From Eledone cirrhosa (lineage: Eukaryota): a stretch of 64,000 nucleotides of DNA. Positions within the stretch are counted from its first letter, which is position 1; every line of letters starts with the position of its first letter. The notes under the pieces are model-generated. The model was not told the origin of the DNA, made no database searches, and worked only from the letters and a program-made list of their open reading frames with translations. The stretch covers positions 281,728,001 to 281,792,000 of the forward strand of contig OZ024740.1 of the NCBI GenBank assembly GCA_964016885.1, read 5' to 3'. A program made the translations under genes and the position numbers. Below are positions 39,730 through 53,173 of this stretch, piece by piece.

Positions 39730-40656
39730 TGAATAATCCATACATGGCAAGATATATAGAGAGAAATAGCGTATAATCAAAACAATAACAACAATAATAA
39801 AATATATGATAAATAGGTAAAGAAGTTACAGATGTAAAAAGTAAAAGATAAGAAAAAAGATACAGTAAAAAAAGTATGAAAATGGAAAAATACTAAAAAT
39901 ATAAAGAAGTAAGGATAAGTGAGAGCATATAAGTACAGAATATGATAGTGGTAGTGGTGAGTAAGTGTCCGTATAAGGATGTTGTGGTGGATTTAGTGCT
40001 AACATGAAAAGTCATATTCGAAACATACATAGATACGTGTAGAGAGTCTGAGGTAGTGACAGATAAAAGAAAAAGCAATAGATTAGAGATTAATTGAGAG
40101 ATACTAGTATGAGATCCAAGGGCTAAGGGTGGATGGTGAAGGGAGGTTTGACAAAGGTGTATGGTAAATGTTTTGCTCATTGTCTTGTCTTAATGGGGTT
40201 GATGCGGTTTCAGGGAGAGAGGGTGAAAGAGATGTTAAGAGATTTATGATCAAGTGACTAGTCGGTTGTTTGGAAGCTAATAGCAGTGTGTTGGTATGTA
40301 TTCCATTCGTTAAAATCCAGGTGGTTCAGTTCTAACTTTGGGATTGCTGGCTCGAATCAGACACTCCATGAAGAACCGTAAACTGGAGAACTCTACAACG
40401 CTCGCCAATAAAATTCAGCCATGTAGAGCAAACATTTTTTTTTTTATGTGGCACAGCCGGCCATTGATCGCTCGTATACAGGAAATTGACTGCCCAGTCT
40501 GCTTATATGCAAATCTGGCTGATCAGTGGATCTCCTAATATGCAGATCTGACTGATCAGCCAATCTGCTAATATACAAATCAGGCCAATCAGCCACTGTA
40601 TATTTTAGAAAATAGCATATATTTTCCCTAGTTCTGACAGTTAGCAGGTGAAGAGT

Positions 40657-40706
40657 GAGCTGTACTGATGAAGGGTGATTCCCAGAAACATTAGTGCCTG
40701 CAGCTC
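40657..40706 (+). ncRNA. HHR of the 3535 family with the cleavage triplet mutated to GCC
   Basis: GAGCTGTA-CTGATGA-aGGGtgattCCCa-GAAA-CATTAGTG-CC-TGCAGCTC. Confidence 0.65.
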
Positions 40707-40850
40707 TGTTTACATGCCAACACAATAAACAGAATGGAGGGTTCATTCTACTGACATGGCTTTAAAAATGAAGCTCTTTTGCATAATTGCAAACGAATCG
40801 CATATTATTATTAATATTCGAAAAACCTTTTACATTTATATATATTTTAC

Positions 40851-40920
<70 letters not shown>

Positions 40921-41188
40921 GATAACAAAATATCGTTATAGGTAATCCAGTTAGAGGTTGTGAATACTTCGTATTATGGATAGTTTTAGCGTACGGCGTT
41001 GTTTGACTCAACAAGTTGATCTAGGTAAGCTAACAACGTATTTAAAATTGAGTGGGACAGCTCCAAGTGTTCAGCAATTTTTAGACAACTTAATCAGTGA
41101 AACAATTGTTAGACTGTAAATAAAACCCTTTTTTGTACTGTTGACCATGTTATTCTTCACTCTTTCAATATATCTATCTATCTATCTA

Positions 41189-41238
<50 letters not shown>

Positions 41239-41292
41239 GGAACCTCCTTAAAAAACATACCAATACCTTCTAAGGACGACTTCTTACTCCTT

Positions 41293-43662
41293 ATGATTCA
41301 GAAAACTAATAATTTTATCAGAAGGGTTAGATGGAGAGCCTACCACTTTGATAGAAAATCTAAACAAGCAGATCGGAAATATATGTATGATTTCAACACT
41401 TACAAGAATCCACCACACAACTTTTTACTTGAAGACTTCGAGAAAGACCTTTTTAATTTAATTAAACACCTCAAATTTAAAAAGTATAAATCCGTCTTTC
41501 AAAAGGACCTTGATTCTACCCTATTGGACCTAAAAAAGTCTAAAAAAATCCATGTCCACTCGGACAAAACTGGTAACTTGTATCATATGGATATTGAACA
41601 TTATAATGAGTTCATATATAAAGAACTCAGAAAAAGTTATAAAAAATCTAATAATGCGTCACTCACCAACATCAACAACAAAACACACAACATAGTAAAA
41701 AAACTAAATATTGAAGATAGAACTGAACCTTTGGCATTGAGAAGTCCACACTTCAACCTGAAAGATCACAAATCTAACTTTAACTCTAATCCTTCTATTA
41801 GACTTATATGTCCCTCCAAATCAGATATTGGAATAATTAGCAAAAAAATTTTAGATAGAGTCATCCCACAAATAAGAAAATACGTTATTTTACCACTCTG
41901 GGAAAACACCTCCCAGGTAATTAATTGGTTTAAAAATATTAGGTGTAAATCTTCTGCTTCTTTCCTACAGTTTGATATAGATAATTATTATTCTTCTATA
42001 TCACCCATACTCCTGAACAAAGCATTAATATTTGCTAAAAATAGATCTAATTTAACTTCGGATGACATTAACATTATTACACATGCTAGACAAACACTTA
42101 TTGAATTTCAGAATGAATACTGGACCAGAAACACTTATAGTAATCTTTTCGATATTACTATGGGTTCAAGCGATTCTGCCCAAATTACTGATCTTGTGGG
42201 CCTCTTTCTCCTTTTCAACATAAATGCCTCTTTTCCCCACCTCAAAGGTGGTTTATATCGTGATGACTGTCTTCTTCTTTCTAACAACCTTAGCCTTTCA
42301 GAAATCGAAAAAAACAAAAAGCATATTAGAACTTTCCTTAAAGACTATTATAATCTTAATATTACTTTTGAAAAAACAAGTAAAGTAGTAAATTTCCTAG
42401 ATATAACTTTAGATTTAGCTACGGGTATATACCAACCTTACCATAAACCTAACCAAAACTTACATTACATACACTCACAATCTAATCACCCTAAATCTAT
42501 CCTTAAAAACCTTGCATATAATATATCACTTAGAATTTCTAACCTTTCTTCTAACCAAGATGTATTTGATAAAAATGCGACCTTTTATAATGAAGCTCTA
42601 GATAGAAGTGGCCACAAAAATAGATTAGAGTATATACCTTCTACTAAAAATACTGAAAGCATACAGCATAATATTACCAACAAACACCAAATGAAAAGTA
42701 CACACCTAAATGCCACCCACAGTATACCCCAAAATACTAAATCTTCTAATATAAAGTATAGTAACCCTCAAAAAACTACTCATCATAAGACTATAATAAA
42801 TATTAATAATAAAACTCCTAATAAAAAAGATAAAACACCTAAATCTACAAATATAACTAAAAATAGTTGTGGTGAGATCATTAACATTATTCCTCCTAGT
42901 AAAAATCATGATACAACATATAAAAATAATAAAAATAATAAACAACATAGAAACCGTAATAGACGAGTTACTTGGTATAATGCTCCTTTTAATTTACAAG
43001 TTAAGGATAATATTGCTAAAAAATTTTTTTATATCCTTGAGAAAAACTTCCCGCCAAACCACAAATACCATCAAATCTTAAATAGGTCTACAGTTAAATT
43101 CTCATACTCTACAACAAATAACATAAAACAAAATATAAGTGCATATAATGCATATAAATGTAAGAAAACCATAAGTATACCACCAGTACATCAAATTAAC
43201 AATAATATCTCCTCAAATACAGAATTAACGAAAGGATGTAACTGTAGAAACAAAACAAACTGCCCATTAAAAGGGAATTGTCTTGTTAACAACATAGTCT
43301 ATAAATGTAATGTTAAAACTAAAGATTCTATTTGCTCATATATAGGAGCTACCTCTAACAATTTTAAGACAAGGTATAATACCCACAAACATAGCTTTAA
43401 AAATGCCGCACTGGCTAATACAACATCTCTAGCAGAAAAAATCAATAGTTATAAAAATAAAAATATAAAATATGATTTGACCTGGAGTGTGCTCAAAAGA
43501 GCCACCCCTTATCAAAATAATAGAAAGGAATGTAGATTATGTTCCCAAGAACTATTTGAAATAATGAAGTCTAGGGATATCTTATTAAATAAAAGACAGG
43601 AATTAATTATATCGTGTAATCATAAACTAAAAAAAACATTTAAATATTATAAACCTAATTAA
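41293..43662 (+). CDS. Penelope-like element polyprotein: reverse transcriptase + C-terminal GIY-YIG endonuclease, uninterrupted
   Basis: RT motifs SDKTGN, LKDHK, QFDIDNYYSSI, TMGS, LYRDD and FLDITL. Cys linker CNCR..CPLKGNCL. Endonuclease IVY..YIG..FKTRYNTH..CRLC..E..LLNKRQE. The frame is open upstream (SLKNIPIP) back to the (TA)n. Confidence 0.95.
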   Translation: MIQKTNNFIRRVRWRAYHFDRKSKQADRKYMYDFNTYKNPPHNFLLEDFEKDLFNLIKHLKFKKYKSVFQKDLDSTLLDLKKSKKIHVHSDKTGNLYHMDIEHYNEFIYKELRKSYKKSNNASLTNINNKTHNIVKKLNIEDRTEPLALRSPHFNLKDHKSNFNSNPSIRLICPSKSDIGIISKKILDRVIPQIRKYVILPLWENTSQVINWFKNIRCKSSASFLQFDIDNYYSSISPILLNKALIFAKNRSNLTSDDINIITHARQTLIEFQNEYWTRNTYSNLFDITMGSSDSAQITDLVGLFLLFNINASFPHLKGGLYRDDCLLLSNNLSLSEIEKNKKHIRTFLKDYYNLNITFEKTSKVVNFLDITLDLATGIYQPYHKPNQNLHYIHSQSNHPKSILKNLAYNISLRISNLSSNQDVFDKNATFYNEALDRSGHKNRLEYIPSTKNTESIQHNITNKHQMKSTHLNATHSIPQNTKSSNIKYSNPQKTTHHKTIININNKTPNKKDKTPKSTNITKNSCGEIINIIPPSKNHDTTYKNNKNNKQHRNRNRRVTWYNAPFNLQVKDNIAKKFFYILEKNFPPNHKYHQILNRSTVKFSYSTTNNIKQNISAYNAYKCKKTISIPPVHQINNNISSNTELTKGCNCRNKTNCPLKGNCLVNNIVYKCNVKTKDSICSYIGATSNNFKTRYNTHKHSFKNAALANTTSLAEKINSYKNKNIKYDLTWSVLKRATPYQNNRKECRLCSQELFEIMKSRDILLNKRQELIISCNHKLKKTFKYYKPN

Positions 43663-44256
43663 TAACATTATTCTAGAATTTAATTTAATTTAAATGTTAG
43701 TTAACCTATAAATTTAATTTAATTAATATTTTATTACAGATGAGAAAATATTATGTAATCATTAATTTTGAAAAACCTTTAAATATTACTAATATATATT
43801 CAGTAATTTAATTTATAGATTAATTTTAACTTATTTTAACCTTTTATTATAATTTTTTAATTTAGTTTAACCTTTTATTATAATTGTTTTTATTATAATT
43901 CTTTTAAAGATAAAATATAACAAAAAATATCATGTATCCTATGACGGAGAAAGAATTTTTAGTATTATTGACCTAATTAATATACATTTTGGAAATATAT
44001 TTATTATTTGGTTTTAGTTTTAATCAACCTAAAACTTTAATTTTAATTTGCTTAAAATTAGTATCCTTGTACAGACGAATTGCAGAATGTCATGTAATCA
44101 TAGAATGGGAGGTGTTTTTGGATATATACCTAGTTAATATATTCTGTGCAAATTTTTTTGGAAAAGATATGTATATCTATATGTATATGTATATGTGTGT
44201 GTTGTATGTATATCTGTATGTATATTTATGTGACTATATATGTATGTATGTGTATA

Positions 44257-44287
<31 letters not shown>

Positions 44288-45501
44288 GTGTATGTATATG
44301 TATATGTATGTGTATGTGTATGTATATGTATATGTATGCGTATTAATTTTGATTTTTATTTGCATATAATTATATTATGCTATTGATGAAATACAATATC
44401 TGCTTTATGTATTGTATACCTAATTAACATATACTAATTAACATATACTATTGAAATAAATATATAATTTTTAACTTAGTTAACATATAATTTATATGCT
44501 ACTACCGATGTAATACTTTATTTTATTTTTATTTGGGTTTCTTTTCCCTATTACTAAATTCATCTCCTAATATTGATACCATAACGTTATTAACTTTAAT
44601 TTAGTTATAATGTAATTAATAATCTACTACTGTTTGACTTCATAATTCTGCTTCAAATATTATAAACCTAACTAATTTACACCTTGGAAATCAATATGTT
44701 GACTATCTTTGGTTTAGTTGACATATGATTAATGGTATACTTTTTTATTTTGTGATGCATAGATTTCGTATTTCCTAGCACTGAAAATATGTAAGAACAT
44801 ACATTGAATTAAGATATGGAAAATATTATATGTTTCTTGAAACATATATTTACTTTGATCCCCTTCTCCAAACCCCCCCTTTCCCCCATACTATTATCAT
44901 CTGTTTTTGTAAGTGTATATGTATGAATATATGTGTAGATGGGTGTCTATATAGTTTTTTGGTATTTATTTCTAAATATATAAAAATACATATATGAGCA
45001 TGTAAATATGAATGTAAGATTGAGTGTGTATATATGATTGTACATACATATGTATGTATATATATGTATATATATGTATTATATATGTACGTGTATGTAA
45101 ATGTGTGATATGTATATGTGTATGTATATGTATATATGTGTGTGTATGTGTATGCTTGTATATAGGAATATATACATGTGTATATATGTATATATATGTA
45201 TATGCGTGTTTGTATGTATGTGTATATGGGTTCTGTATATATTTGTATGTCTCTCTATTTATATGTTTATCTTCGTATCTATGTGATATATGTGTGTATG
45301 TGTGCACGTATGCATATGTATGTGTTTGTGTGTGTTTGTATGTGTGTGTGTATATATATATGTATTTGCGCACACTCACATACACACATATATATATATA
45401 TATATATATATGTGAGTGTGTGTGTGTGTCTGTATGTGTGTGCGTGTGTGTGTATGTGTATATATATATGTGTGTGTATATGTGTGTATGTGTGTGTATA
45501 T

Positions 45502-45539
<38 letters not shown>

Positions 45540-45678
45540 ATATAGGTGTCTATGTGTGAATATATGTCTTTATTCGTATGTGTGTATTTATATATGTTTA
45601 TATTTAAGTGTATGTATGTATGTGTATGTATGTATGTATATGTATATGTATGTATGTATATGTGTATATGTGTGTATA

Positions 45679-45715
<37 letters not shown>

Positions 45716-45807
45716 CTTTATTATTATTGTAATATAACTTATGTGTATATGTGTATAAGTGAGGTTGTGTATGTATATATACTATGTGTATATATAAGAG
45801 TAATGAA

Positions 45808-45838
<31 letters not shown>

Positions 45839-45930
45839 CATGTCTGTATTTTAAGTGTGTGTCTATATATGTATGTGTACGTGTGTATATATGTATGTAT
45901 ATATATATATATGTGTATGTGTGTGTATGT

Positions 45931-45969
<39 letters not shown>

Positions 45970-46078
45970 TGGGTGTTTGTATGTGTTTTTATGGTGGTAT
46001 GAGTGTGGGATATATATGTTTGTGTATAAGTGTATGTATGTGTATGTATATATATATGAGTCTATGTGTGTGTGTATA

Positions 46079-46123
<45 letters not shown>

Positions 46124-46893
46124 ATGTGTGTATGTGTTGCGCGTGTGTGTGTCTGTATTTATATCTTTTTATATGTGTATGTGTATGTTCGTGTAAATGT
46201 ATGTGTGTGTGTGACAGTATAGGTATGTGTGTATGTATGTATGTGTAGATATCTCTATGTGCGCGTACACGTATGTATGTGTATGTATATCTGTATGCGT
46301 ATGTACATTATATTGTATGTATTATATTTTATTGTTTTTATTTTTTTATTTTTCATAATTTATAGATACATTTATATTAGGCTGTCTGGTCTGACAACCT
46401 AATACTGACCCCTCCCCCCCCCCTCCCACCTAATTTCTGTATCTTGATCTTGAAATGTGTGTACCAGTGTTCTTATGTGAGTGACTTAATTTCTATTTGC
46501 TTATGATTTTATATCCACATATATAAATGTGAGTGGGGGAGTGTGTGTGTTTGTGTGTTCGTAGTTATGTGTATATTTATATATATATGCACATGTATGT
46601 GTGATTATACTGATATGTGTGAGTATGAAAAAAATATATTTATATGCTTGACTCCATAAGTATCATTGCGTATCTTATCAGCGCATTAAGCTTACAGAGA
46701 TATTAACCTTGAAATTTTTTATTTGCATCCATCTTTTTAGTATGCACATACAAATTATACACACATTATTGTAAAATGTGTGTAGGGTTTTTACATGTAT
46801 ATACACACACCAAACTGCTTTTTAACCCTTTGTGTTTTCATTGGTCAATTTTGAACTGATATTTTGAATTGTTGTTATTATCAATAAATATAC

Positions 46894-47048
46894 TTCATTA
46901 TTTCTGAAGACGGCGTATATATGAGTTAGGTATGTATATTTAATCTTGATAATTTGTATAATTTTGTATAATTTTGTACATAGATCTGTTAAATATGCAT
47001 ACCAATTATAACACATATATACCCTAGAAACGATCGTTAAATAGTGAA
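46894..47048 (+). ncRNA. Type I HHR with 10-bp stem I, ~115-nt stem II and palindromic stem III
   Basis: TTCATTATTT-CTGAAGA-cGGCGTATATATG..GGTATGTATATTTAA...TTAAATATGCATACC..CATATATACCCTa-GAAA-CGATCG-TT-AAATAGTGAA. Confidence 0.85.
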
Positions 47049-47233
47049 CTTTTTTTGTTTAATATAAGGAATTGTTTGTTCATTATTTGTTTAATATTTT
47101 ATCTTGACTCTGTATACCGTTTATCTTTCACCGAAATTGGATTTTCATTACATCTCTTCTTTCCATGATATCCGGAATACATTGAGTTCTTCATACGGAT
47201 TGGACACTACCGTAAACTCTTGGTAGATTTATC

Positions 47234-47271
<38 letters not shown>

Positions 47272-47273
<2 letters not shown>

Positions 47274-47792
47274 GTGGTTATAGAGCCCGATCCTCGAACA
47301 GCAGGTCCTGTTGCAGTTGCTGCATGTGAAGACGATGTCGTCCAAGGGAGCTGACTCCGCTCTCTGACGTCTGCGTGCTCTACTTTCTTCCCACTGCTCC
47401 TCTCTCCTCTGCTCTGATGTCTTAATGGCCGACTTGAGGGCAAGTTGCCAGCTGCGGCCATCAGCTACCACTGCTTCAAGGTCTGATAGTGCAATACCAC
47501 TCACCTTGAGGTCCTGCTTGCACACTTCTTTATAGCGAGGTAATGGTCTTCCTGTGGGTTTGGAGCCAGTGGTAAGCTCGCCATACAAAATGACTTTGGG
47601 TATTTTGCTATCCTGCATGCGGCTAACATGGCCAGACCAACGCAAGCGTCTCTTTGTTAGCAGGGTAAACATGCTAGGGATTCCTGCCCGTGCTAAGACA
47701 TCCTTGTTAGGGGCGTGGTCCTGCCATGAAATGCCGAGGATCCTCCTGGAGCAGCGTAGGTGAAAGGTGTTGAGCCTGCCTTCTTGGCAGGA

Positions 47793-47793
<1 letters not shown>
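47272..47793 (-). mobile_element. RTE-clade LINE ORF C-terminal fragment between (TA)n tracts
   Basis: RLNTFHLRCSRRILGISW, RRLRWSGHVSRM, IPKVILYGEL, FTCSNCNRTCCSRIGLYNH. Confidence 0.9.
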
Positions 47794-47835
<42 letters not shown>

Positions 47836-48005
47836 GAAGGATTTAGTTTGAAACTGGTTAGACAATTACTCAACAGAGTTCTCACTACTTGTAATAGTAG
47901 GTTATATTATAAAGAGTCGTGACCCGACGGTCAAGCCCGCACCGTCTGAACAGCTAGGACGGTGGGGGCTCAGCTGTCGGGTTCCGACTCCTAATAATAT
48001 AAATG

Positions 48006-48117
<112 letters not shown>

Positions 48118-48323
48118 TGTGTGTACGTGTGCATGTACGTGTACGTGTGTGTATGTGTATGTATATAAAAGGCAAATGACAAAGTACAATGAAGAAATAT
48201 ATTATAGAATGAGATATCAAGGAAGAAATAGATAGAGGAGAGTGTGCAGTGGCAGAAACGAAAAATTAGAGGAAAAACAGATCCATTCAAGGGAAACGAA
48301 AAAAATTTCTTGGAGAAAAAAAA

Positions 48324-48383
<60 letters not shown>

Positions 48384-49609
48384 TAACCCAAACCTCCCCT
48401 CCCCCTCCCCCTCGCCCCCAACCTTCCAACGTTTGCAGTTAACTAAAAAAAATAATTTCCAATGGTTTTAAAAGTTAAATTTGTTGAAAACAACTGTAAA
48501 GAAAACTCGTTTCATCTGACCTACAAATGCATGCAATATAACGACAACAAGAAAACAATACATAGGTGAGAAGGTAATTAAAGTAAAGAATGTCAACGAT
48601 TTATGGTGGAAGGACTGAGTGTAGGGGGTTGTACGTGTCTGTGAAAGAGTATACAATATGAGAGTAGAAGTGTACGACGGGAGAATCTCTAGTTCAAATG
48701 AAATGACACCAGCCAGCTCTCATGAACAAGTTACAAACTGGTGTAAAAGACAGAAAGGAGAGATAGCATATATGTGGGTTAAAGGCCGGAGTGTGTTGGC
48801 AAGTAATTCAATGCAATCAGTCTAGTGGACATTTAGCAAATGTCTACAAACCTGGCAGCAGAACAAGAGAATCTTCGTTTCTGTGAGCCGAGAAGCAGTA
48901 TTGCATCGTTTATCTCACTTGAACTTTACATGAATTAAAAAACAAATACATCAAATAGAATAGAGCTAATTTCAAAGAACCACAATTGGAAAATTTGTGT
49001 GAAATCATATGAAAATTCTTCAATAGAGTTTACAATGTCTATAAAATATCGTATTTCCATGTAAGATGGCATTGAAAACCTTGACTTTATACAAGATACA
49101 ATGAATAGTTTAAAATAGATATCTTTATCATTCGGAAACTTAACTTATTCAGTGAGAAATTGCGACATTAATAGATATTTAGATAATTCAACAAATTGAT
49201 GATTCAATTGGTGATTCAAGTAAAAGAGCTAATTGATTTCAAATTAATGTCTTCCTTGTGAAATTTGTGGGCTGGTTTTGCTTAACTGATGAATATATAA
49301 AATATTAAAAGATTGTCAACATAGTTTTAGGTTAATGTAAAGAATGTAGAGAATAATAATAATAATAATAATAATATTAATAATGTCCGTTTACAATTGT
49401 TTCGCTACTCCATATAATGTTTCTGGATCAAATGGTTATAGATCATTATTGATCTGGTTCAGTTGAAGATAATTAACTTAGGTAAAATTGGAGCAGCTCA
49501 TCGGAACTTCGAAAGGAATATAAATTAAAATAAAGAAATAATGTTACATGAATGTAATGTTCCATATATTTGTATTTCACTATGGTGTCCTGTGTATATC
49601 TATTGTCTG

Positions 49610-50160
49610 CCATAGGCGAGCAATATTCTTCTGTCGAGGCTGCATTATTCACCAATCTCTCTTCTCCTCTGCTATCTCCATGACTATAGGTAAGAGCTAA
49701 AACGAATTGGATGTAGCGAGTTTGATCTTTTCACCTACCTCTCTTCTTCTGATGACCGAACACTGAAGCTAGCGCATTAATGCACCTGTTTCTGCAATAA
49801 TTCTTGCACTTAATTACGCCTCTTGCCTACCATGTCATCCGCAAATACCAGCCCACTGATCCTACACCTGCCAGTATTGATACCACATTCAACCCGGCTG
49901 CGCATGTCAATCCTGTCCATAAAGATTATGAACAGGAAAGGTGACAGTACTCCCCCTTGATGGAGTCCGACAACCACATTTAATGATTTCGACTTAGCAC
50001 AATTTATCCGAACACAAATTCTAGGGCATTCGTATAGAGATATCAGGGCAACAAGAAGCTGTCCAAGTTGTCCATTGATTCCATATTTCTGTAGAATTTT
50101 CCACAACAGATCTTGTGGAATGCGATCATAAACCTTTTCAAGGTTTACGAAAAAAGCATA
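49610..50160 (-). mobile_element. RTE-like LINE RT fragment
   Basis: FVNLEKVYDRI, GLHQGGVLSPFLF, LVFADD. Confidence 0.85.
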
Positions 50161-51557
50161 ATTTAATTGACAATCTCCACCAATCGAATTTTAATACGAT
50201 ATTTAATGAAACCAAAATTGATTTAGAGGAAGAATTTATTCATATGTAAAGCAAACACGCATACACTCTTTTATTAAAGCACACCTTATCTCGTAGAATC
50301 CTGGGAATTTACGAAACTCACGTTACGAAATGCACTGTTATAGAAAATTAGAGGTATTTGCATTTTTATAAAATACCCATTATAAACGATGTGACTCTAT
50401 AAAGTCAATGTTTAGCTGCTATAAATGGTAGAGATACAACAGAGTGTCTGTGATAGAATTTGGTATGTTAGTCCCTAACTAAGAACTGCCTTGTGGTGGT
50501 GGTGGTCGGGGTAGGTGAGGTGATTGGTAATAAGATTGGCTGGATAGTTCAATTATGAATCAATCTCCTGCGAAGACTTATAGTTTTCCATTCTTTTCAT
50601 GCAAAACAAAAATCTATTAGCCAGATGGCAGGAATGAATTTGGATGTTGTGAAGAAGCCTGACACTAGAAGTCTATATGATCAGTGTTATTCAACAATAC
50701 AGAAATATTGAAGAATTCTTTGGTATGTGTGGCTTCGTTCTTTATAAGTGTCGTGATACTTCAATAGACAGTATTTCAAAATATATATTACTACCAGATG
50801 AATAACGAATTTTCTTCATTAACTTCTCACTTTTAATTTATCGAAAGACTAACAAGCCGTGTAAAATTAAACTTGTCTCTAACTTCAAAATTCTGATATA
50901 AGGATATAAACAGCAATGATTTTAATTAGAATCAACCAAGCACATATTTAGTTAATGTAGATTAGAAAAATAGAAAGGTAATTAAAGAAATATATTATTT
51001 TATTAGTTTCAGACGCTGGACTATAATCACACTGAAGAACCGTATTCAAGAGTTTGAGCCGATCATATGAATTACAGTACATATTTCAGTTTGCCGAGCT
51101 ATATTTTAACAAATCACTAGGTTACATTTGTTGGCACAACACAGGTTTACAACGGTAGATATAAATGCAGATATTGACAAATGCAAACAACTAACCTAAC
51201 AACACTACCAACACGCTTACGCCGATCGTCTGCACAGTATCTGTCTACCAAATTCAATTCACCGTGTACTGGTAATCTCAAAGCAATTGAAGAAACACTT
51301 GTCCCAAACCTTATGCAATAGGATAGATCCAGGAACGCTGTGCTTGTAATGCAAATCTCTTAACCAGACGACTATATCTAAGCCTGTATCGTAATAAAAT
51401 TATCAACCAGCTGCATATTTTAATTTGCACACTCGTTCTATTATTTCTATTCTGAACAATAAAATGACTTGAAATAATATAAACGATTCATGACGGAAAT
51501 TTATTTTTGTTTCCGTTTTCAGTGGATCTCTTAATGTTCACACAATATTAAGCATTA

Positions 51558-52586
51558 TCTCTCTATATATATATAAAACGGAAGATGTCTGAGTGTGTGT
51601 ATGATTTTTATGCATTTCCACATTTCTCTACCGATTTTAATGATTTCTTTCCAATGTGATCCAAATTTACCAACGATGGTCAACGATGGTCACCGCGTAA
51701 TAAACTTTACCAAAAATTTCCTGCTTCTATGAAAAAATCGATAAAACTAAATACATACTGTAACCCTCTCTCTTACACGTTTATTCACTCTCTCTACTGC
51801 GCAACAGCGACAAAACTTCGTTCAGGAACGCGACATAAACTTTGAAAACTAAGCAACACATCATTTAATACAACAACAAACATAGTCATAACACTCTCTC
51901 CGTCGATCTTCCCTCTCTCTATAATAGATCATTCCCCCTCTCTATAATTTAACTGCTTTACTTTCATGCTTTGAGGTTTAACACACCTCCCTATAGTTTC
52001 TTGGCTTTACTCTCTCCAACGCTCTTACCTCTCTCTATAATAGATTATTCCCCCTCTCTATAATTTAACAGCCGGGGGAGTCATTGATACGGCTTTCATG
52101 GGGTATTTAAAATCGGCTTATTGCAAATAACAACCCGCAAAATAACATTCATATAACAGATCAATGCTATAGACATATGAATCGGAATGTTTAAATTATT
52201 TATTTTATACGACTTTCATTGGTTAGATATTAATATAACAACACCCATAGTGTTGTACGTCTGGCAATTCTGCCGAATACACTGCCAAGGATGAACCTTT
52301 TCCCCTCGGCGTCAGATATACCGTTCGATTTCCGGCGAACCCAATTCCCGGTGAGACCGTGTTTTGTTCTGTCCATTAACAAGGGCAAACATTGTTGGTG
52401 GCGGGCATTCATTTGGGCGAGCCATGCTTCTCCCATAGCCAACATTATGTTGCCTGTTCCTACGCAGGAAAGGATTTTTGCTTACACTCCTCAAGGGATG
52501 ACACGCAATATCGTCTACAAAGAGGTGCTATCTATGTTGGTGTAGGTGTTGGAGGTAAATCCGAGCAACGCCGGGGTAAAGTGCTA

Positions 52587-52587
<1 letters not shown>
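51558..52587 (+). mobile_element. Non-autonomous Helitron retaining the PIF1 helicase C-terminus
   Basis: A|TC...CCGAGCAACGCCGGG...CTAG|T ends. Internal RRTQFPVRPCFVLSINK/GQTL..GIHLGEPCFSHSQHYVACS. Confidence 0.88.
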
Positions 52588-52624
<37 letters not shown>

Positions 52625-52816
52625 TTATATTATATATTTATTTATATTATATATATATAATATATATATACATATATATATATGTAATAAATATATATAT
52701 ATATATAAATATACATATATATATATATATATATATAATATATATATATATATAATATATATATATATATAATATATATATATATATATAATATATATAT
52801 ATAATATATATATATA

Positions 52817-53003
52817 ATTGTTTCTACTTTAGGCACAAGGCCAGCAATTAATCAGTTCATTACTGGTACTTTATTTTATCGACCCCGTAAGGATGAAAGG
52901 CAAAGTCAACCTCGGCGGGATTTGAACTCAGATCGTAAAGGGACGTAACTATGCTTGAAAGCATGGCGTCCGACTCACTACCGATACTGCCAATCCACTG
53001 CCA
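52817..53003 (-). mobile_element. Near full-length tRNA-derived SINE with Nin-like domain
   Basis: Minus strand has TGGCAGTATCGG (A box), GAGTTCAAATCCC (B box), then CTTTCATCCTTACGGGGTCGATAAAATAAAGTACCAG. Confidence 0.85.
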
Positions 53004-53173
53004 TCATATATATATATAATATATATATATAATATATATATATAATATATATATATAATATATATATAATACATATGTATATTATAAATAATATATATAT
53101 AAATATAATATATATATATATATAATATATATTATATATAATATATACATATATAATATATATATATATAATT

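Larger units (their letters stand above)
41236..47236 (+). mobile_element. Putative whole PLE: ORF, long microsatellite-rich 3' region and terminal HHR
   Basis: Bounded by (TA)n at both ends, with a same-strand HHR near the 3' end. Continuity of 43.7-46.9 kb is inferred. Confidence 0.55.

Noticed and set aside
40480-40600. Short diverged repeats containing ATGCAAAT (octamer)
   Set aside because: Lies within a repeat tail, with a single exact match and no promoter context.
43735-43790. CAGATGA...GAAA just after the PLE stop codon
   Set aside because: AT-rich chance pairing, non-canonical core and no good stem I.
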